From Williopsis jadinii (Eukaryota), in assembly GCA_024346625.1 (NCBI GenBank), contig AP024664.1, forward strand, positions 1,178,001 through 1,242,000: a stretch of 64,000 nt of DNA. Direction: 5' to 3'. Positions 1 through 12,517 of the stretch are shown here, one piece after another. Every line of letters begins with the position of its first letter. The stretch's first letter is position 1. The position numbers were made by a program, and so were the translations under genes. Under the pieces are notes generated by a model. That model saw only the letters and a program-made list of their open reading frames with translations, was not told where the DNA came from and made no database searches.

Positions 1-1
1 T

Positions 2-643
2 ATACACTGGAATCCACAGATACTGGCGAAGCCAGCACAACAGCCAATCAAACTGGAGATGCCCAAATCATCTGCTATTAGGTACGATGAGCTAACACCA
101 ACATGTTTCACGCATTTGGAAAGTGAACACGGATATCTAATCGTTGGAAGTGAAGATGGTAATGTGTACAAGGTGAAAAGATTTGATCAAAAGTCAAAGA
201 CTGATTACATTGAAAAGATATTTCAAGGACATCTGGGACCAGTTACCTCTATTGAGCCTTCACCCGCATTATCGCAACTGTTTTTGACATCCAGTATGGA
301 TTGGAAGGTATTTCTATGGGATGCTTCACAGGATGAACCATTATTGGAGATCTACAAGACGAATGCCATTATGGCATGTCTTTGGAGACCTTCGTTCCCA
401 ACTCAGATTGGGTATATTTATGAAGACGTTTTGGAGATTGTGGATCTGAGCATTGACACTGTGACCCCAATTTGCAGGATCTCAACAGAGGAACCGTTAA
501 CTACCTTCAACTTCACCAAAGACGGTGAAAGGGTGGTACTTGGAGGGTCCAAAGGTGGCATCTACATCTATGCGTTAGATGTACCAACAAAGAGTGATAT
601 GGCAAAGTTCAAGAAACATTTCTGCCCTACAGGTGGTATTTAA
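2..643 (+). CDS. PAC11: Dynein intermediate chain, C-terminal WD40 region (5'-partial)
   Basis: Frame is open from position 2. WD40 motifs (IVGSEDGNVY, GHLGPVTSI, LFLTSSMDWKVFLW) are typical of dynein intermediate chains. Confidence 0.75.
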   Translation: MHWNPQILAKPAQQPIKLEMPKSSAIRYDELTPTCFTHLESEHGYLIVGSEDGNVYKVKRFDQKSKTDYIEKIFQGHLGPVTSIEPSPALSQLFLTSSMDWKVFLWDASQDEPLLEIYKTNAIMACLWRPSFPTQIGYIYEDVLEIVDLSIDTVTPICRISTEEPLTTFNFTKDGERVVLGGSKGGIYIYALDVPTKSDMAKFKKHFCPTGGI

Positions 644-698
644 GCCTGATGATAGCTATTCTTTTAGTATCTATTCATTGTCTGCTATCAATAGCCCT

Positions 699-1853
699 CT
701 ATTTACCAGTTCCAAAGAACTCATGGAAGCCAACCAATGTGAATCTGTATCTGACATCACCAGCGTTCAATCTGGTCAACGCCTGACTGACGTTAGCTTC
801 GTTAATGTCCAAAGTCTCAACCCATGGAGCAAACTTGTGATCTTTAGCCAATTGCAAGAGCTCAATGGCCTCTTTTCTAGAGCCAAGAAGAGAAGCACCG
901 AGGAAAACACCGTTTTGCAAAAAGGTGAATGGAGAAACTTGTAGTTTCTCATCAACGTGTGGCAAACCAACGGAAATGAGCTTCTTGTTAACCTTCAAAG
1001 TGGAGAGGAAGGCATCAACATCGGTGTCAACAGTGGAAGTGGCACAGTTGATGATGGCATCAAAGTAGTCAAAGTAGTTCTTAGACCAGTCTTTCTCCAC
1101 GCCGGTGGCAATGAATTTGTGAGCACCCATCTTTGTAGCATCCTCCTGCTTAGAATAAGATCTAGAGAAGGCAGTGACCTCGGCACCAAGGGCCTTAGCA
1201 ATCATGATAGCCATATGACCCAGGCCACCAATACCAATGATACCAACGTGTGGGGTCTTACCCTTAGCCAGTGTGTCTTCGATGCTTCTCTTGATTGGAG
1301 AGTAAACGGTCAAACCACCACACATCAGTGGGGCAACCAGGTGGGACTCCAGTCCATCTGGGATCGGGAACACCATCTTCTCGTGTGCTCTGACGTGAGA
1401 GGCATACCCTCCTTGTGACACATAGCCATCAGGGTAACGACCAGCGTACGTACCAACCTGGTGCTTGCAGTACTGCTCATTGTCCTCTTCACATCTGGAG
1501 CACTCGGCACAGCAAGAAGCACTAGCACCGAGCCCAACTCTGTCACCAACCTTCACACCGGTGGTACACTTGGAACCAACCTTCAACACTTTGCCGACGA
1601 TTTCGTGACCCACACACTGGGTCTTAGGACCATAGCTAGAGGACTTACAAGCCAACTCGCTCTTCGACCACTCGTTCTTCAAAGTGAACAGCTCAGACGC
1701 ACACACACCGCAGCACTCAATCTCGATATCAACGTCTCTATCGCCAAAGTTCTTTGGCACGTAGGACGTGAGCTTTGGGTTGCTCCACTCGGAGGGATCG
1801 GAGATGGCAAACCCTTTGAACTCTTCTGGATAGTTAACAGTGGTTGACGACAT
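699..1853 (-). CDS. ADH6: NADP-dependent medium-chain (cinnamyl-type) alcohol dehydrogenase
   Basis: GHEIVG motif, structural Zn Cys cluster, APLMCGGLTVYSP, GIGGLG, GDVRYRF. Start placed at MSSTTVNYPEEF (ATG 1853), with TATAAA near 1935. Confidence 0.88.
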   Translation of the reverse strand: MSSTTVNYPEEFKGFAISDPSEWSNPKLTSYVPKNFGDRDVDIEIECCGVCASELFTLKNEWSKSELACKSSSYGPKTQCVGHEIVGKVLKVGSKCTTGVKVGDRVGLGASASCCAECSRCEEDNEQYCKHQVGTYAGRYPDGYVSQGGYASHVRAHEKMVFPIPDGLESHLVAPLMCGGLTVYSPIKRSIEDTLAKGKTPHVGIIGIGGLGHMAIMIAKALGAEVTAFSRSYSKQEDATKMGAHKFIATGVEKDWSKNYFDYFDAIINCATSTVDTDVDAFLSTLKVNKKLISVGLPHVDEKLQVSPFTFLQNGVFLGASLLGSRKEAIELLQLAKDHKFAPWVETLDINEANVSQALTRLNAGDVRYRFTLVGFHEFFGTGK

Positions 1854-3137
1854 TGTTGCTGGTTGCTTTTGCTTGAATCGACTCTCCAGACCAGCTGCTG
1901 GGATGTAAGATGAGCTAGGATTCCGACTCTTATTTATACTCATGCATGCTGGGCCTTGCTTACAAACGGCTAAATCATTGACGGTTAGGGTAAACTTAGC
2001 TGTAGTTTTTGCCTATATGAGAAGCGCAGATTTCAACTCCGAGCTGGCGTGTGTAGCACCGAGATGAAGGCGAAGAGCCATAGAACCAGTGACTATGGAA
2101 CCGAAGGTGGTGAAGCATCTTTTTTACGAGGTTGCCAGTCGTTTTAGGAGCTCAGTTACGGTGTTCAATTGGTGTTGGTGAGCTACTTAACGTGGATGTG
2201 AACCAGCCGGCCAGTTTCGCCGTAACACAGGCTCTGGCTCTGGCTCTGGCTGAGTCGAGGCCTCCACTAACCCGGTGGTATTATCTGTGACTGATGGGCT
2301 AAATGTGGCCCTCAAGAGACGTGGTGCTCTACGCATCGAAACCCTTGCTATGCCCCTCTGCTGCTGATTCAGCTGGTACGCCGAAACGGTTATCAGGCTG
2401 GTTTTCGCCAGCGTACGGTTGCCTCAGCGTGGATGTGCCGGGAATACTTTCCCAAAGGAGTAGTAAGTAGAGCGGAAACGCCGGTGGGACTTTTCACTTC
2501 TTTGACAGATACATTGGCCTCACATCGGCTTCTCAGCGTCGAGAGCGAGTGCTCACGTATCAATTGGTGTAACGGTGGAAGATGACGATCCTGGTTATGG
2601 AGCCAGCACATTTATGCCGTGAATAGCTGTGAATGCGGTGGCATCGGTGCCTTGTTCTTCGGACCTTGAGGCCTGTGGACCATTAGCTGCGGGACCACGA
2701 TGCTTGTCTGGTCGCTTGTTTCTTGGGAAGCACAACGTCCAAGCGTGGTGACCAGTCCAGCGAGCCTCCGTGGAGTGTTGCTGAGGGTGTGTGATCCCCA
2801 CAGATGGACGCAGACGGTGCAATTAACAAGGAGTAACGGGTGCTCAGTAAGGGTCTACGCACTTCTTTTCGGCCGAGACCAGATACGCCTATGGGTTACC
2901 CTCGCAGCTCAAGGGCACAACGTCAAGGGTATACAGGCCAATTGTGACGGGGAAGGGTTCAGCTGTGGGGGAGAAAGCACATTCGGGGAGTATCTGGGGT
3001 AAACGTCCGGTTGATCCGTCTAGAGCTCTCTCTGAGACTCATCAGCGATGCGATGGAAGCGCATGCCAAAGCGTTGATGTATGTGCGTGGCGGCGACGTG
3101 GTCTATTGCAGCGTGTGGATTTCCCTTTCGGAACTCG

Positions 3138-3232
3138 TCCCTGTTAGCTCAGTCGGTAGAGCGTTCGGCTTTTACAGAACTAACGAGGGGAAGTTAACCG
3201 AAATGTCAGGGGTTCGAGCCCCCTATGGGGAG
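3138..3232 (+). tRNA. tK(UUU): tRNA-Lys(UUU) with a 22-nt intron (3175-3196)
   Basis: Acceptor stem TCCCTGT/ATGGGGA, A box TAGCTCAGTCGG, anticodon CT-TTT-A, B box GGTTCGAGCC, 73-nt mature length, oligo-T terminator at about 3239-3249. Confidence 0.95.
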
Positions 3233-3408
3233 TTCCACTTTCTTTTTTTGGCCTCGCCAGGGGAGGTCACGTGACACGAACAAGAGCATGGGCTATAATA
3301 ATGGCATCCAAGACCAAGCATACAAGCTACACTCGATACTGTGGAATCTAGCACACTTGCTGCACTTATAATATATACATGGTTTCCATCCCGCACCCTA
3401 TGTAGCCA

Positions 3409-3933
3409 TCAAATCCAGGTCTGTTTCTTCTTCTCTCTTCTCTCGAGTAATCTCTTGTACTTGTTACCCTTCACCGAGAGAATCTTTTCGTCAGCCTTCG
3501 CCAACGCCTCTACAACCTTTGCCCTTCTTTCAGTCACGTTCTTCTCGTATCTGCGTCCCTTTGGTCTCAGTGTGCCCTTCAGGTACTCGTTGGCCTCGTA
3601 CTTCTCCTCGTAGAACTTCTTGTCGCCCTGCAACTGTGGGAGACAGTCTTGCACGCCATATCTGTACGCAAGCTTCCAGAGATCCGACTGACGACGCAGC
3701 GAGTACTTGGGATCATGGTACTTCTGCGTTACTGGGTGCTTGTTTGGCAAGAACGGATTGGCATCCTCAGCGGTCGTCAGCGTAGGCTTGGTGGCATACT
3801 GCTTGAATGGCACAGGTGGATAGCGCTCGAAGAAACGCTGAAGTGTGACTGGAAGCTGGTAGAAGAACGCCGAATCGCTCAGATCCTTCGTCACGTCCTT
3901 GGCAACCTGGAAGAGTCCCACACTCGGCTTCAT
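3409..3933 (-). CDS. MRPL25: Mitochondrial ribosomal protein mL59
   Basis: FFERYPP, NPFLPNKHPVTQKYHDPKYSLRRQ motifs. ATG at 3933 (MKPSVG). Confidence 0.88.
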   Translation of the reverse strand: MKPSVGLFQVAKDVTKDLSDSAFFYQLPVTLQRFFERYPPVPFKQYATKPTLTTAEDANPFLPNKHPVTQKYHDPKYSLRRQSDLWKLAYRYGVQDCLPQLQGDKKFYEEKYEANEYLKGTLRPKGRRYEKNVTERRAKVVEALAKADEKILSVKGNKYKRLLERREKKKQTWI

Positions 3934-4166
3934 TGCTTTGTTTTGTTTTGATGATAATCCAACTAAAGGCGACTCCAGAGCTTTGTCCATTGGACGAAAA
4001 CCTCTTTCAGGACAAAAAAAAAAACGAGAAAATCGGACAAATGGTAGGGGCAACATTTCGCAGATTGGCGCAGACTCCGTCGATGACTGATAATCTTTTC
4101 ATTCTCTTCTCTCTCTCCAAACAAGATTTCGCTCATTCTGACCAATTCGCTTTACCAAGGCTCACG

Positions 4167-5558
4167 ATGTTGCGTGTTTTGAACAAGTCCCTCACTGCTC
4201 CTAAGGCGAGACTATTCTCCACGGCCAGAACTGCATGGCAAGTTGTAAGTGACGCCCAATTGGTTTCCCCCTAGCTTGCGGCATTCGACTAACAATGGCT
4301 GGACATATAGACCAATCCAGATCCAAAGCCGGAGTCTGAATCTGTGAAGTTCATCACTGAGACGTCCAAGTACTCTGTGACCACGTACTCGCGTCCGGAT
4401 GTTGTCTTCGAGAAGGGCCAAGGTGCCCTTCTGTGGGACATTGAGGGTCGCCAGTACATCGACTTCACTGCTGGTATCGCAGTGACAGCTCTGGGGCACT
4501 CGCACCCGGAGGTTGCCCGTATTATGTACGACCAGGCATTGACGTTGATCCACTCTTCAAACTTGTATCATAACCTCTGGACCGGCGAGCTGTCGCGTCA
4601 ATTGGTTGAGACGACTAAGAAATCTGGTGGTATGCACAATGCATCCCGTGTGTTTTTGGCTAACAGTGGTACTGAAGCTAACGAGGCTGCTTTGAAGTTC
4701 GCTAGAAAGCACGGTAAGACAATCAGTGATGATAAGACGGAGTTCATCACGTTTGAATCTTCTTTCCATGGTCGTTCAATGGGTGCGTTGTCCGTCACTC
4801 CAAACCCAAAGTACCAATCTCCATTTGCTCCTTTGATTCCGGGCATCCATGTTGCCAAACCAAACATCGAGAGTGTCAAGGCATTGATCTCTGATAAGAC
4901 ATGTGGTGTGATTATCGAGCCAATCCAAGGTGAAGGTGGTGTCCGTCCTATTCCAGCTGAATTCCTCGTTGAATTAAAGGCATTGACAAAGAAGCATGGT
5001 GCTGTGCTCATCTACGATGAGATCCAATGTGGATTGGGACGTTCAGGTAACCTGTGGGCTCATGGTAAATTGCCAAAGGAGGCTCACCCAGATATCTTGA
5101 CAATGGCCAAGGCCCTTGGTAATGGATTCCCAATAGGTGCTACTATGATCACAGAGGACGTTGAGTCTGCTTTGAAAGTGGGTGATCATGGAACTACTTA
5201 TGGTGGTAACCCACTGGGGGCAAGAATTGGAAGCTATGTCTTGAGTCAAGTTTCAAACGAAAAGTTCCTTGAAGAAGTCAATGCTAAGTCCAAGGTTTTC
5301 AAGGAGAAACTTAACGCTTTGAAGGAGCAATTCCCAGAACAAATCGTCGAGGTTAGAGGTGAAGGTTTGCTGTTGGGTATTCAGCTCAAGGATGATCCAA
5401 CTCCAGTTGTTCAAGCTGCAAGAGAACGTGGGCTGTTGATCATCACAGCTGGTGGTAACACTATTAGATTTGTTCCAGCATTGAACATTGAGAACAAACT
5501 CATTGAACAAGGCTTGGATATTCTCCAGGAGTCACTTTCTTCCGTGTTCAAGAAGTGA
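4167..5558 (+). CDS. ARG8: Acetylornithine aminotransferase, mitochondrial; exons 4167-4244 and 4311-5558
   Basis: Class-III PLP motifs (NSGTEANEAA, FHGRS, DEIQCGLGR, AKALGNG, HGTTYGGNP). 66-nt intron GTAAGT..GACTAAC..TAG joins an Arg/Ser-rich presequence in frame. Confidence 0.93.
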
Positions 5559-6820
5559 TGTCTTCCAGGAAACCTTTATAGAAACACTGGACATGTTGTA
5601 TCACTGCAACAAGTATTACTGAAGTCAATTAAGAATATTTCGCATACATACTACGACAATTGTAAGGATTCGTAGAGCTCGCACACATCATGTGCTTCAG
5701 TGAGACGTGTGGTGATGGTAGGCATTGTGGGGTTCAGCTCTTCTGCAAGACACTTCTCACACCATCGCTTATCCAAGAGTTTCCCCATGAGTGGTGATCA
5801 GAGCCGTTCAATGCAAAAAGATGTTGGGCGTGTGTGCCTGATTACTTCCAGCTCAATCAAGCCCAGAGAGTGCTCTCTTCCGTGTTTCTCCAGGAAGACT
5901 GCGCCAACATGGCGACTTCCACCTTACTTTCCCCATTGAGTGTAAGGAGGATTAACTCTGCCACTTACAGCCACCTTAATTCAACAAACTTAACCCACAA
6001 AGAGTAGAACAAGGCTGCTTTAGCCATTAACACTCGTTCAACAGTTGAACTGTTCTCTTGGTATAAACACCCCCATGACTTTATGCACATTGATGCTGAA
6101 AATTTGGCAGCCTGCATAAAGCCTTCGAGGGAAAGCACAACATCAGACGTCTGTCTATTTGATTCTAAGGTGGTGATGGATACAAGAGGCCCTTCCAGAG
6201 AGTACAGTGGTGGTTGGAATATGGTGCTGATGTATATGGGGAGTGGATATTTAACATAGAAGAGGTATTGTTGGGGGAGGGTTAAATGCAATTGCGTTGC
6301 TCTGCATATGCTGTTTTGATAGAACTCTTGATTTTATGGTGGATAGCAGTTATTGATCGTCTTTGGACGTCAAAGTCACCAAGTACGAGTTGTATGAACA
6401 AGCTGCTCTTCCTAATTTCTCATCATGTACACCGCTGCTGGTGTGGTCATGTGTCACTTTGATGCTATGTGTGTCAATCACCCCCAAACCACGACATGCA
6501 AATCGTGCTATGTTAGCTCGCGTGGGTATGCTTTGCCTAATTTTAAGAGCATTTTGAGAGTTAGATAACACAGGTTCCAATCTTGTGCCCTTTGGAGCCC
6601 ACAGTTGTTGAGACGAAGTCATTCATAGCTAAGAACCAAGAGGGGATCATCACAACTCGAGGCAAATTGAGTCTTGTTCGGTGGAACTGGCTGTTACTTC
6701 TCGACATTCCCTTGCTCAGAGTGGCATGCTCAAGCTGATACTTTTAACAGATATATAAGAAGAGCCAAAGATCTCTATCTTCACCACAATGATGACTCGT
6801 ATTCATCATTCAGCTCAAAA

Positions 6821-8335
6821 ATGGGTTTCAAGAGCTATACCCTTGGCGATATCAATCAATACTTAAAGCAGCGTTGTACAACGTTATTCCCAAACAGGGA
6901 ACAATGGGAGTTTGAAAAGAAGAACATCAATCCGCTTCCTGGTCTAAGATCTATGTCATGGCGTCAATGGCAGTTCTTCATCATCGGATTCATCTCATGG
7001 ACCTGGGATGCTTTCGACTTCTTCGTCATGTCGCTCAATGTCTCTAAGCTGGCCACCGACCTTGATCGCTCTGTCAAGGACATCTCATGGGGCATAACAG
7101 TTGTTCTGATGTTCAGATCCGTGGGGGCAATAGTGTTTGGTTATTTTGGTGACAGATATGGAAGAAAGTGGCCTCTTATTGTCAATCTCTTCTGCTTGGT
7201 AGTTATCCAGATTGGCACTGGCTTCATCAACACGTATGCAGAGTTCATCGGTGTTCGTGCACTGTTTGGAGTGTTTATGGGTTCCATGTACGGCCTGGCT
7301 TCTGCCACTGCTATGGAAGGACTGCCTACAAGTGCACGCTCATTCCTATCTGGTGTTTACCAGCAAGGTTATGCCCTTGGGTATTTGCTTGGTGTGATCT
7401 TTCAAAGAGCTATAACTGATACAACAACACATACCTGGAGATCTCTGTTCTGGTTCTCAGCTGGTCCTCCTGTTTTGTTCATCATATGGAGAGCATGCTT
7501 ACCAGAAACTGAAGCATTTTTGCAACAGCAGCTTCACATGAAGAATAAAAACACGAGCTTTAGTGAAGATGCCTGCAAAGTGTTTAAAGAGCAATGGCTG
7601 AAGATGATCTATCTTGTTTTGCTAATGGCTGGTATGAACTTCATGTCTCACGGATCTCAAGATTTATATCCAACCATGCTGACGGTCCAGCTTAACTACA
7701 GTCCAAACAGATCCACTGTTACCAACAGTGTGGCCAACTTAGGGGCATTGGCTGGAGGTATGACTTTTGGTCATTTCTCTGGGTTCCTTGGGCGTCGTTC
7801 TGGAATAATCATCTGTTCTATTTTAGGTGCTTGTATGATATACCCGTGGGCCTTCGTTCGTAACAGTGGAATCAATGCAGGTGTGTTCTTTCTTCAATTC
7901 TTTGTTCAAGGAGCGTGGGGTGTCATCCCAATTCACCTCTCTGAGTTATCACCACCAGAGTTTAGAGCCTTTGTTGTTGGTGTGTCATATCAGCTTGGTA
8001 ATTTAGCGTCCAGTGCTTCCTCTACGATTGAATCGACCTTGGGGGAAGGATACCCTTTGTACGACGAAAACGGTGACGTGATTGAAGGTGTCTACGACTA
8101 TGCCAGAGTGATGGCTATCTTTGTTGGTGCAGTGTTCTGCTATGTCATTTTGATTGCTTTCATTGGCCCTGAAAACCGTCATTCCAATATCAATTATGTG
8201 CTTTCTAAGGAGGAGGAAGAAGAGCTCATTCAGCAAAGAATGATCGTCACCAACAATGGTTCTGAGCAAGACTCCAATGCTGATGACGAGGAGAAGCTTG
8301 TCACGGCTCACACCGAGAAGATAGAGTCAAAGTGA
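6821..8335 (+). CDS. JEN1: Carboxylate/H+ symporter, Jen1/Jen2 family (MFS)
   Basis: WDAFDFF, GDRYGRK and the Jen signature NFMSHGSQDLYPT; about 12 TM segments. Jen1 versus Jen2 subclass not resolved. Confidence 0.85.
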   Translation: MGFKSYTLGDINQYLKQRCTTLFPNREQWEFEKKNINPLPGLRSMSWRQWQFFIIGFISWTWDAFDFFVMSLNVSKLATDLDRSVKDISWGITVVLMFRSVGAIVFGYFGDRYGRKWPLIVNLFCLVVIQIGTGFINTYAEFIGVRALFGVFMGSMYGLASATAMEGLPTSARSFLSGVYQQGYALGYLLGVIFQRAITDTTTHTWRSLFWFSAGPPVLFIIWRACLPETEAFLQQQLHMKNKNTSFSEDACKVFKEQWLKMIYLVLLMAGMNFMSHGSQDLYPTMLTVQLNYSPNRSTVTNSVANLGALAGGMTFGHFSGFLGRRSGIIICSILGACMIYPWAFVRNSGINAGVFFLQFFVQGAWGVIPIHLSELSPPEFRAFVVGVSYQLGNLASSASSTIESTLGEGYPLYDENGDVIEGVYDYARVMAIFVGAVFCYVILIAFIGPENRHSNINYVLSKEEEEELIQQRMIVTNNGSEQDSNADDEEKLVTAHTEKIESK

Positions 8336-8529
8336 TTCTAGTGGAGCATTGACAGTAGTTCAATTTATGGTATGTAATGATGCAGTAATTCGTAGTCGTC
8401 ACGTTTCATATAGCTGACATCTCTTATCCCAGCTGTGGAGACAAGCTTATGCATAATTTTGGTATCTCCTTTCTCACCATGGTTTCTGTGAGGGAGAATA
8501 CCCTATACTTAACTCAGTTAGCCGAACAT

Positions 8530-8844
8530 TTAACCACCGAGTAACATTTTAGCTGTGTTCCATATCGTAGTAATCATTGAACTACTTATAAATCCGCTAA
8601 TACCCCATAGTTTCAGTCCTCGTAAGAGATCATCAATAAGAACATGTATGAGGTATACCAGCACACTGATAATAGCTGACATGGTCAAGATTAGTGCCAT
8701 AAACTTCAAGAACATCGAGTCATCCTTCAAAATCGAGTGTAAAAGCTGGACATAAGTGGGATCTGAGTAATTGTAACTACCTCGCCTTTGATGCTTTTTG
8801 AGCTTGTTAACCAATCTTCCTCGGATGAGTTCTTTAACACCCAT
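8530..8844 (-). CDS. Hypothetical 104-aa membrane protein
   Basis: ATG-initiated ORF filling the gap between JEN1 and the MAPK; basic N-terminus and 1-2 hydrophobic helices; no family recognised. Confidence 0.45.
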   Translation of the reverse strand: MGVKELIRGRLVNKLKKHQRRGSYNYSDPTYVQLLHSILKDDSMFLKFMALILTMSAIISVLVYLIHVLIDDLLRGLKLWGISGFISSSMITTIWNTAKMLLGG

Positions 8845-9042
8845 AATGTATATCCTTTATGCGAACATTCGGGTAAGATCTATGTACACTGTTTGAATCC
8901 TTTTTGTTTCATTTTCCATTATTATCAAGACGAAATGGCTGGCTCGTATCTACTTATGTCCTATTGTGTCCCCTACCGATAACTACACCGCGATGACTGC
9001 ACACTACAATTTTGGTAACGTTGAAGGTCCTTTGTGTGGTTA

Positions 9043-10125
<1,083 letters not shown>

Positions 10126-10382
10126 TTACTTCGCCTTCGCTGACCCGGAAGATATGTTGAGTAGACCTAATGAAACGCAAATTTGGGACCGAAATAAAGA
10201 GAAAACTCTCACTGCCAGCTATAAAGCACCTCCAAGTCGGTATAACTAGCTCAAAACGATAATATTAATCAGGGGATTACCAGTGTAAACGGAAACTTGG
10301 TGTTGTTCTTGTGGTTGTATCGGTCTACGCACGCGGTGAAGTCACAATTTTTTTTCTGTGCGTTTTATATAGGAGGCTTTTC

Positions 10383-10438
10383 TGTTTCACAGTGGAATTG
10401 GAAGGACATTCCAACACGATGAACAATTACTTGGAATG
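10383..10438. promoter_or_regulatory. Ste12 PRE plus two Tec1 TCS sites (filamentation-response-like element)
   Basis: TGTTTCA 10383-10389, CATTCC 10407-10412, GGAATG 10433-10438; also TGAAACG at 10171. Confidence 0.5.
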
Positions 10439-10756
10439 AAGGGAGTGATAGCTAATCAACAAGTTGTATATACTGGGATATTGATAGCTATGGAAGCACA
10501 GCTTGCTATGAAGAAAAGACACTAAGAGTTGTAAAGGAAAACACACACATAACCTATTACACTTTTAAACGTATAAACAACTAAAGAATACCACCTATAA
10601 AAAGAAGAGTAAAGTAAACTGAAGAGTTCCTCAACAAAGAACGGAGTGAAAAGAAACACAAAAAACCAAACATTGAACCCTTACATTATGAACCTCAGTG
10701 TGACATGACAATCATTAAGAAAAAAGTCCCCAAAGCAGCAAACAGATAAGAGAAGT

Positions 10757-12517
10757 TTAGAAAGCAGCAATACTTGGGTATAATTCCTTCTTCGCGCTGA
10801 TATCAGGACTTTCGTCTGCGTTTTCAACTTCTTTAATCATCTCCGCTAATCTATGCTGGATAACATGGATCAACTTCTTATGACGAGTAATGAAGTCATC
10901 TTCAACCCGTAGCGACTCCATTTGTTTGGATAGTTGTGCCATCTCCTCATCTTCGTACTCGGATTCAGACTCCTCATAACCATCGTCAAAGTCATCAGAA
11001 TCCTCAGAATCGCATCCGCTTTCAACAGTGTCAACATCCGCACTCTTTTGGTTGATGCCAATGTTGTAACGTCTATAAGCGTCGCTCTGTGTTGTTGATG
11101 ATTCCATTCTGTTGGCAATCTGTGGATAAGCAAAGTTGGTTCCTGTAGCACCGAGAGATAACGATGGGTATAGCGAGGAGGAGTTCAACGATTGCAATGG
11201 TTCAGAACATTTCAATGTTGGCAATGAAGGGTTTTGACCTTGCAAAGCTGGAGTGTATTGGTCCAAAGATGCACTCAACTGGTTGAAGAAAGTGTTGGTA
11301 TCGTACAATTCCTGGTTTGTCTTGAAGAATTTTGAGGAACCAGAGTTTGAGAGTGGAGGGAGAGAAAAGTCATTGTTCATGTTGAATTCCAAGTTGGTCA
11401 ATCTGGAGGCCATATCGTTGTTGTAACGTGGAGTAACCTTGCTCTTCTTAACATCGTCAAAGAATTGGTTGACCATCTCTGGTTTTCTCTTTCTTGACTC
11501 TTGCTCAGAAGGCTCCATGGCCAGTAAGGAATCAAATTGGGATTGTTGCAAGTCAAAAGCTGCCGTTGCTGAATTAGCACCTCCAGTAACGTATTGATCC
11601 AGCCCATTACTGGATCTGAATGAATTTTGATAGTTCAAGTTACGAGTCTGTGCTGCCTGCAGAGCAGCCTTTTCAGCAGCTCTTGTAGCAGAGTCCGCAT
11701 GTGTCTTAATGTGCTTCTTCAAATCCTGAGGTCTTTTGAACTTCTTTGTACAAGTGGTGCAGACATAAGGCTTCAAAGGAATGTGAACCCTGATGTGCGA
11801 AGTGATATGATCACGCTTCACAGTTTGCACTCTGCAGGTGTCCCAGTGACAGTTCAAGTTCAGATTACGGTTTGATTTGCGTCCAACATGGTCATCACAC
11901 AAGTGGTTGTACAGGACTTCCGCATTTTCAAACATCATATGACAGTGGTCCCACTTACATTGTAGTGGGCCTTTATGATCGTCGTCTTTGTTCTTACGCA
12001 AGTACTTGAGCTTTTTTGGTGGTTGCGCTACGACAGCAGAGTCATGTTGACCTTGTGGCTGTGCAGTGGTTGCAGTTTGAGCAACACTGCCAGCACCACC
12101 AATAGAGCCCTGGGTTGACAAATTAGGCATCATTGCTGTAAAGCTTGCATCTGGCAGTAAGACCTTTGGATTTGGCAAGTACGTTGGCACCTGTGCAACC
12201 TGTTGCAAGTTGGAAGACTCCAGAACAGACCCCAACGGAGGGATCGAATAGTTGTTCAGCCCAAAATTTGTAGGGTAGTGACTGTGCTGAGTGACAGCAT
12301 GGTAGTTGTCGTTCATCCCTGGCATCTGCTGAATCATTTGCCCATGTGACAGGCCCATGTCCTTTGGCGGTGAGTCAACAACAGACGACGCAGAGGTGTA
12401 ACTCTGCGGTGAATGGCCTTGTGAGTGTGGCGAGTTCGAGTCCACAGAGGACTCTGATGCCTTCGAGTCCCTATGTTGGAACTCCTTCGTGGAATCCGCA
12501 GATACGGCGCTGAACAT
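10757..12517 (-). CDS. RIM101: pH-response C2H2 transcription factor PacC/Rim101
   Basis: Three zinc fingers ([32 protein letters not shown]), acidic C-terminus, YPxL/I motifs (LYPSL, LYPSI). First ATG at 12517. Confidence 0.93.
   Translation of the reverse strand: MFSAVSADSTKEFQHRDSKASESSVDSNSPHSQGHSPQSYTSASSVVDSPPKDMGLSHGQMIQQMPGMNDNYHAVTQHSHYPTNFGLNNYSIPPLGSVLESSNLQQVAQVPTYLPNPKVLLPDASFTAMMPNLSTQGSIGGAGSVAQTATTAQPQGQHDSAVVAQPPKKLKYLRKNKDDDHKGPLQCKWDHCHMMFENAEVLYNHLCDDHVGRKSNRNLNLNCHWDTCRVQTVKRDHITSHIRVHIPLKPYVCTTCTKKFKRPQDLKKHIKTHADSATRAAEKAALQAAQTRNLNYQNSFRSSNGLDQYVTGGANSATAAFDLQQSQFDSLLAMEPSEQESRKRKPEMVNQFFDDVKKSKVTPRYNNDMASRLTNLEFNMNNDFSLPPLSNSGSSKFFKTNQELYDTNTFFNQLSASLDQYTPALQGQNPSLPTLKCSEPLQSLNSSSLYPSLSLGATGTNFAYPQIANRMESSTTQSDAYRRYNIGINQKSADVDTVESGCDSEDSDDFDDGYEESESEYEDEEMAQLSKQMESLRVEDDFITRHKKLIHVIQHRLAEMIKEVENADESPDISAKKELYPSIAAF

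Noticed and set aside
1950..3130. GC-rich region upstream of the tRNA as an LTR or ncRNA
   Set aside because: No LTR termini or PBS, no recognisable snRNA, RNase P/MRP or SRP motifs; other promoters here are similarly GC-rich.
3266..3275. GTCACGTGAC (CDEI/Cbf1) as a point centromere
   Set aside because: No AT-rich CDEII or CDEIII follows; at most a Cbf1 site.
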